From NCBI GenBank assembly GCA_963845535.1, contig CAWJSK010000012.1, forward strand, positions 512,001 through 576,000: a stretch of 64,000 nt of DNA. Reading direction: 5' to 3'. Source of the stretch: an uncultured Spirochaetota bacterium (GTDB taxonomy: Bacteria; Spirochaetota; Spirochaetia; SZUA-6; Fen-1364). A program made the translations under genes and the position numbers. Positions 59,033 through 64,000 of this stretch are shown piece by piece. Position 1 is the stretch's first letter. Every line of letters starts with the position of its first letter. The notes below the pieces were generated by a model. The model had not been told where the DNA came from. It searched no databases and was given only the letters and a program-made list of their open reading frames with translations.

Positions 59033-61687
59033 ATGAAAAAGGTGAAGGTGACAAACGGGGTCTACTGGGTGGAGATTCCCGAGGCGGACCTTTTCATCCT
59101 CTGCGGCTGCCCCGCTGACAGCGTCAAGCATCTCATGAAAGCCGGTCATATTGTGGACCGGGAAAAGAACGGAGTCCCCGCCCAGACGGGCCCGAACGCA
59201 ATCCTGCTGTCCGACACCACCATGCAGCATGGCGCCTTCTCGAACCTCGCCGAGTTCCCGGTCCTCCAGATGCTCTACCTGCAAGGCATGATCCTTCCCA
59301 ATCACCCCAACAATACCGGCAGAAAACCAATGCTCATCGGGCTGGAGGACCAGGTCAGGAGCCAGAGCGACTACATCTACCGCGGCACCTACGGCCTGGC
59401 ATCGCTCGCCGAGATCAAGGAAACCGGCGTTCCCGAAGACCTTGCCCGCGAGATGCTGCGGATCAAGAGATGGTTCGCTTTCGACAACATCAGGCGCACC
59501 GAGGACCTGCTGGACCTGCGGATCGTGGACTCTCCCGCGGTGGAGCTGCGTGAGCGCGCGTTCGTGCGGCGGCGCGGCTTCAACCGCTACGAGTTCATCT
59601 ACAAGGGCAATGCCGTGACGGTGGACCTCAACCTCGCGGAGACCGAAGACTACCTCCCCACCTACCAGATCCCGCAGAAGCGCCTGGGGCGGGAGCATTT
59701 CTCCATCATCCACGTCGGCGAAGGAGACGGGTGGGACGTCACCCGCCCGTGCATGGGGAGCATCGTCTGCTTTCAGGGCAGGACCTACCTCATCGACGCG
59801 GGACCGAACATTCAGCACTCCCTCGCCGCCCTGGGCGTCAGCGGCAATGAGATTGCCGGAATTTTCCACACCCACGGGCATGACGACCATTTTGCCGGCC
59901 TCACGTCGCTCGCCAGGGCGGACCGCCGGGTCCCGTATTTCGCCGTTGCCCCCGTACGGGCCAGCGTCGTAAAAAAATATGCCGCGCTGACCGGAAGGGC
60001 GGACGACACCTTCTTTCGCTACTTCGAGCCCCGCGACCTCATGCTGGAGACCTGGAACCGCCTGGACGGCGGCCTGGAGGTGCTGCCCGTCTTCTCCCCG
60101 CATCCCGTGGAGACCACGGTCTTTTTCTTCCGCGTCGAGCATGGGGCGGGCTACCGCTCCTACGCGCATCTCGCGGACATCAGCGCCTTCGAAGTTCTGA
60201 GGAAGATGGTGACGGAGGATCCGTTGAAGAACGGCATCTCGAAGCGGTTCTATGACGAGGTGACCGCGAGACTCCTCGCGCCGGTGGACGTCAAGAAGAT
60301 CGACGTCGGCGGCGGTCTCATCCACGGGAAAGCGGAAGACTTCGCCTCGGATGCCTCCGGCAAGCGCCTGCTCAGCCACACCTCGTCTCCGCTTACCGAG
60401 AACCAGAAGAAGATCGGGCTTCAGGCGGAGTTCGGACAGGAAGACGTTCTCATCGAGGCCCAATACGACGCGCCGCGGCTGGAAGCGCAGAGGATCCTCC
60501 TGTCCTATTTCCCGGGGCTGGCCATGCGGGACGCCCAGGCAATTGCGGCGTTCCCTCTCCTTCATTTCGCCCCGGGCACCATCATGCAGACCCCCGACAT
60601 TCCCGTTGCCAACGTTTCCCTCCTGGTAAGCGGAATCGTCCATCGGGGGGAATCGCGGGACGGCCCCCACGCCACATTGTCCGCCGGCTCGCTCATCGGC
60701 GAGCTGGAGGCCCTCCATGACCAGAGCCCGACCGGCATGAGCTGGGCGGCGAGCCACGTCACTGCCCTTCGCATCCCGCGGGAGGCGTGGATGGACCTCC
60801 TGCAGCGCCGCGGCCTGCTGGAGACCCTCACGGAAGCGCGCTCCCGGCGCGAGTTCCTCACGAGCACGTGGCTTTTCGGGGAGCTGGCCTCCTTCCCGCT
60901 GCAGAACAGGATTGCCGCGCTCATGGAGCGGCGCGTGGTGAAAGAGGACACGGTGCTGCGGCCCGCGGGCCACGCGGAGCTTCTGCTCATCGCGGATGGG
61001 CTTCTTACGATCTTCCTTGGCAAGATACCGATCGAAAATGCCACCCCGGGAGACTTCTTCGGGGAAGAGTCCATCCTGCGGGGCACGCGGGAGCTTCCGC
61101 GCGGCTGGGAGGAGCGTTTCGCAAGCCAGCGGAAGCGCGAAGCGAAGGGAAGCGGCACGCCGGGCCTTTTCGAGGCGCGCGCGCTCTTGGACTCCACCCT
61201 CTACGCCATTCCGGGGAAAGCCCTGGATGACATCCCGATCGTGCAGTGGAAGCTCATGGAGACCTACGAGCGCAGGCTGAAAAACTTCCGCTCCGAGGTG
61301 CGTTTCGAATGGAATGATGCCTACGGGATCGGGGTCCAGCGGCTGGACAACCAGCACAAGGAGATGTTCCAGATCCTCGACGGCATTTCAGCGATGGCGG
61401 AAGGCCGACAGCCGGGGGACGGTGCAGCCGGCATGGTTGACCGCTTCATAAGCCTGGCCAAGTCCCACCTCCAGTACGAGGAGACCCTCCTCAGCCGGGA
61501 GCCGTCGTCCGGTTTCCAGGACGTGGTCCGCGGGAACGAGGAGTTCCTCCGCAAGCTCGACGGAGTGCGAAAGTATTTGGAAAAGGCGCCCGCGGACGCG
61601 CTGCAGACCACCATCGCCTTCCTCAAGGACTGGGCAATCGACCACTCTCTCGTTGAAAACAGGCGCATGAAAACCGCCCTGAGCTGA
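59033..61687 (+). CDS. Metallo-beta-lactamase-fold protein with two cNMP-binding-like domains and a C-terminal hemerythrin-like domain
   Basis: THGHDDH MBL motif, SLIGE and DFFGE cNMP-like motifs, FEWNDAYGIGVQRLDNQHK hemerythrin start. Confidence 0.88.
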   Translation: MKKVKVTNGVYWVEIPEADLFILCGCPADSVKHLMKAGHIVDREKNGVPAQTGPNAILLSDTTMQHGAFSNLAEFPVLQMLYLQGMILPNHPNNTGRKPMLIGLEDQVRSQSDYIYRGTYGLASLAEIKETGVPEDLAREMLRIKRWFAFDNIRRTEDLLDLRIVDSPAVELRERAFVRRRGFNRYEFIYKGNAVTVDLNLAETEDYLPTYQIPQKRLGREHFSIIHVGEGDGWDVTRPCMGSIVCFQGRTYLIDAGPNIQHSLAALGVSGNEIAGIFHTHGHDDHFAGLTSLARADRRVPYFAVAPVRASVVKKYAALTGRADDTFFRYFEPRDLMLETWNRLDGGLEVLPVFSPHPVETTVFFFRVEHGAGYRSYAHLADISAFEVLRKMVTEDPLKNGISKRFYDEVTARLLAPVDVKKIDVGGGLIHGKAEDFASDASGKRLLSHTSSPLTENQKKIGLQAEFGQEDVLIEAQYDAPRLEAQRILLSYFPGLAMRDAQAIAAFPLLHFAPGTIMQTPDIPVANVSLLVSGIVHRGESRDGPHATLSAGSLIGELEALHDQSPTGMSWAASHVTALRIPREAWMDLLQRRGLLETLTEARSRREFLTSTWLFGELASFPLQNRIAALMERRVVKEDTVLRPAGHAELLLIADGLLTIFLGKIPIENATPGDFFGEESILRGTRELPRGWEERFASQRKREAKGSGTPGLFEARALLDSTLYAIPGKALDDIPIVQWKLMETYERRLKNFRSEVRFEWNDAYGIGVQRLDNQHKEMFQILDGISAMAEGRQPGDGAAGMVDRFISLAKSHLQYEETLLSREPSSGFQDVVRGNEEFLRKLDGVRKYLEKAPADALQTTIAFLKDWAIDHSLVENRRMKTALS

Positions 61688-61734
61688 CGGAGCGCGTTCA
61701 GCGCGGAAAGCTTGAAAAAAGGGAGCCCCGCTCG

Positions 61735-61974
61735 TCAGACCTCGGCCATGGGAACGGATTCGACGCGGGTGACTTCGGGGACGGAGGCTTTCAGCCGGCT
61801 TTCGATCCCCTGGCTCAGCGTGACCTGTGACATGGGACAGCCGCCGCAGGCGCCGGTGAGCCGGACCTTCACCACACCATCCTCGGAAACTTCAACCAGC
61901 TCGACGTCGCCGCCGTCGGCCTGCAGCATGGGTCGGATCTCGTCGATTACCTCTTGCACTCGTTCACGCATCAT
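61735..61974 (-). CDS. NifU-like (Nfu) Fe-S scaffold protein
   Basis: IRPMLQADGGDVELV...GACGGCPMS. Confidence 0.92.
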   Translation of the reverse strand: MMRERVQEVIDEIRPMLQADGGDVELVEVSEDGVVKVRLTGACGGCPMSQVTLSQGIESRLKASVPEVTRVESVPMAEV

Positions 61975-62046
61975 ATCTCTCCTTCCTGTTCATACCAAAT
62001 GTCAAGCGTTCTGTCGCGGCTGCCGCTGCGCTGCGCTCTCGTGCTG

Positions 62047-62829
62047 CTAGCGGTAGCTGTGAAGCCCCGAGAGCAGGTAGTTCACGCCGAAGAACGTGAA
62101 GGCCATGGCGACAAAGCCTCCAATGGCCAGGGCCGCGGACCAGGCCCCCCGCAGCTTGCGAACCAGGCGCGCATGAAGGTACGCCGTATAGATGAGCCAG
62201 GTGACCAGGGCCCACATCTCCTTGGGGTCCCAGCTCCACCAGCTTCCCCAGGCGGTCTCCGCCCAGACGGCGCCGAAAATGAGCGCGCCTGCGGTGAAGA
62301 CCGGGTACCCTATGCCGATTGAGGTCGCAACCAGCCGGTCCAGCTCCGCCCGCGCCTCCTCGCGTCGGGAAACGAAGAAGCAGATCGCCGCGACAAAGCT
62401 CACGACGAAAAACGCCTCTCCAATGAAGGAGAACGCGACGTGCAGCGCGAGCCACAAGGAGCGAAGAGCGGGGATTGGCGGCTGGATTTCTCGGGGCGCA
62501 AGCGGGGAGGAAGACAGCATGAGAAGCGAAATGCCGACCAGGGTCGCCCCGAACAGGGCGGCGGGAGGCAACCGGCGAGGCGCCCGCGCGCGCATGACAA
62601 AGAGCACGGCGCAGAGGGCCGCGCTGAAGAAAACAAGGGACTCGTAGGTGTTCGTCACGGCCGCGAACCTGATCTGGACGCTCCTTTCCACGAGCGTTGC
62701 CAGAAGGATCAAGGCTGCGACGCCAAGGAGCCAATGAGAGACCGGATCCTGCCGCCCCCCTCTCAGGAGGAGAAAAACGGCCTGCATTACGGCGGAAGCA
62801 ATGATGAGGAGCAGTCCGATGGTCGCCAT
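62047..62829 (-). CDS. ccsA: Cytochrome c biogenesis protein CcsA/ResC (system II)
   Basis: WWD domain GAVWAETAWGSWWSWDPKE, WLALH, YLH, GLHSY. Confidence 0.95.
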   Translation of the reverse strand: MATIGLLLIIASAVMQAVFLLLRGGRQDPVSHWLLGVAALILLATLVERSVQIRFAAVTNTYESLVFFSAALCAVLFVMRARAPRRLPPAALFGATLVGISLLMLSSSPLAPREIQPPIPALRSLWLALHVAFSFIGEAFFVVSFVAAICFFVSRREEARAELDRLVATSIGIGYPVFTAGALIFGAVWAETAWGSWWSWDPKEMWALVTWLIYTAYLHARLVRKLRGAWSAALAIGGFVAMAFTFFGVNYLLSGLHSYR

Positions 62830-63680
62830 TATGCGAGTGTGTCCTTTCTCTTTTGGATGAACGCAAGCGCAAGCCCCAGCGCGATGATCACGAGCGCGCA
62901 GATGACCACGGGAAAACCAGGATCACGGACCGCCTTGAGACCGGTGATGTTGCGTGAGGAAACGCCGATCACCGCGAAGGGACCAAGAGAGTCACCGGCC
63001 GACACCCTGAGCTCACGAACCTTTGCGCCCCCTCGCCAGAGCTCGAACACGGCGCACAATCCCGCGGGGGCAGGCTCGACGCTGGCAAAGTACCACAGCG
63101 TGTCTCCTTCGCGAAAGCCCTGGCCGGTCGTTGCCCGCACACGGGAGCCGCCTCGTCGCAGATCGAGGATACCCTCGGTTTCCCATGCGGTCTGGTAGAT
63201 GCTGATTCCCCGAAGACGAAGCGGGGAGTTTACCCGGATGGGAAACGCGGCAACCTCCGTTGCGCCATTCGTGGATACGGTCACCGTGGAGACCCACTCC
63301 CGGGGAGAGCCGTCCGGGTAGCGCTGGACGTCCAGCGAGATCAGGCGGATGAGCCGCGATGAATCGATGCTCGCCTCATCCCCTGCGGCAAGGGAAAGCG
63401 TCTTTTCCTGCCTGCCGAGGGCGGAAAGAAGCCCGCCGCAGATCAATACGAGCAGCCCGAGGTGGATGAGGTCAGGTCCGAACCGACGCGGCGCCGAGAG
63501 GCGGATACGACTCACAAACCTGTGGACCGCGCAGAATCCAAGGCTGACGGCAAGCAGGCAAACGGGAATCAAAAAGAGCAAGGAATGCACGAAGGTGGAG
63601 AGAATTGAAGAGACAATGCCCAGGAGGAGGAGAGTCACGGCAACACGGGGGGAACGCGCGAGAGCGGACAGGGATTTCAC
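62829..63680 (-). CDS. Cytochrome c biogenesis protein ResB/CcsB-like
   Basis: LIHLGLL, IRVNSPL...IYQ, V.DPG.P.V; adjacent to ccsA. Confidence 0.85.
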   Translation of the reverse strand: MKSLSALARSPRVAVTLLLLGIVSSILSTFVHSLLFLIPVCLLAVSLGFCAVHRFVSRIRLSAPRRFGPDLIHLGLLVLICGGLLSALGRQEKTLSLAAGDEASIDSSRLIRLISLDVQRYPDGSPREWVSTVTVSTNGATEVAAFPIRVNSPLRLRGISIYQTAWETEGILDLRRGGSRVRATTGQGFREGDTLWYFASVEPAPAGLCAVFELWRGGAKVRELRVSAGDSLGPFAVIGVSSRNITGLKAVRDPGFPVVICALVIIALGLALAFIQKRKDTLA

Positions 63681-63733
63681 GGAGGAACTATACCGCATCC
63701 CCGCGGGGCGTCAATGAGACGCTTTTCGGAGCT

Positions 63734-64000
63734 TCAGAAAAACTTGAGCATGGCCGTCAATCCGACCCATGGCTTCATGCTCGTCACGCGCTGAAGATCC
63801 CAGATCGACATGACCGGGTAGAAAGCGACCACGCCAATGGAAACAGGACCTATGTTGATGTCCCCGGAGAGTTTCAGGTTCGCCGCTGACGTGGAGGACA
63901 CGCCGGGACCGCTCATGGGGATGAAAAAGTCAGGCCCCATGCCGGCGCCGAAACGAAAGAAGAAGATGTCCACGGACAGACCTGCGTCTGCCAGCGCAAG
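63734..64000 (-). CDS. 3' part of a hypothetical protein (possibly outer-membrane beta-strands), cut by the window edge
   Basis: Reading frame extends toward the window edge; amphipathic strands, C-terminal Phe. Confidence 0.55.
   Translation of the reverse strand, partial: LALADAGLSVDIFFFRFGAGMGPDFFIPMSGPGVSSTSAANLKLSGDINIGPVSIGVVAFYPVMSIWDLQRVTSMKPWVGLTAMLKFF

Overview
GC-rich bacterial chromosomal segment with about 65 protein-coding genes. A Spirochaetia-like anaerobe from a long-read or metagenomic assembly is my inference from gene content and style, not a database result. I recognise no rRNA, tRNA, CRISPR array or intact transposase. Identifiable content: a PurD-like ATP-grasp ligase, an AT-richer islet (lipoprotein, Acg-type nitroreductase, wHTH regulator, two ICMT-family methyltransferases), a KirBac K+ channel, an OmpR/HAMP two-component pair, a cobalamin riboswitch ahead of BtuB-like receptor and TonB, two tandem chemoreceptors sharing a near-identical 1.18 kb block, mtnA, two URO-D/MT2-like proteins, DeoR and TetR regulators, a class II aldolase, aspS, a radical SAM sulfatase maturase, a MntA/HepT toxin-antitoxin pair, surE, a glutaredoxin with FTR-rubredoxin, an MBL-cNMP-hemerythrin fusion and system II cytochrome c biogenesis genes. 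Most notable observations: (1) an aldolase with a microcompartment-type C-terminal helix inside a loose mtnA/URO-D/DeoR sugar-phosphate neighbourhood; (2) a promoter followed by a roughly 90 nt terminator-ended structured RNA opposite deoR with no gene behind it; (3) a recurring leaderless-promoter architecture on about ten genes; (4) gene-converted chemoreceptors, one with an appended STAS/SpoIIAA-like domain; (5) degenerate metal sites in the hemerythrin and intradiol-dioxygenase domains; (6) several single-base frameshifts that are probably sequencing indels.
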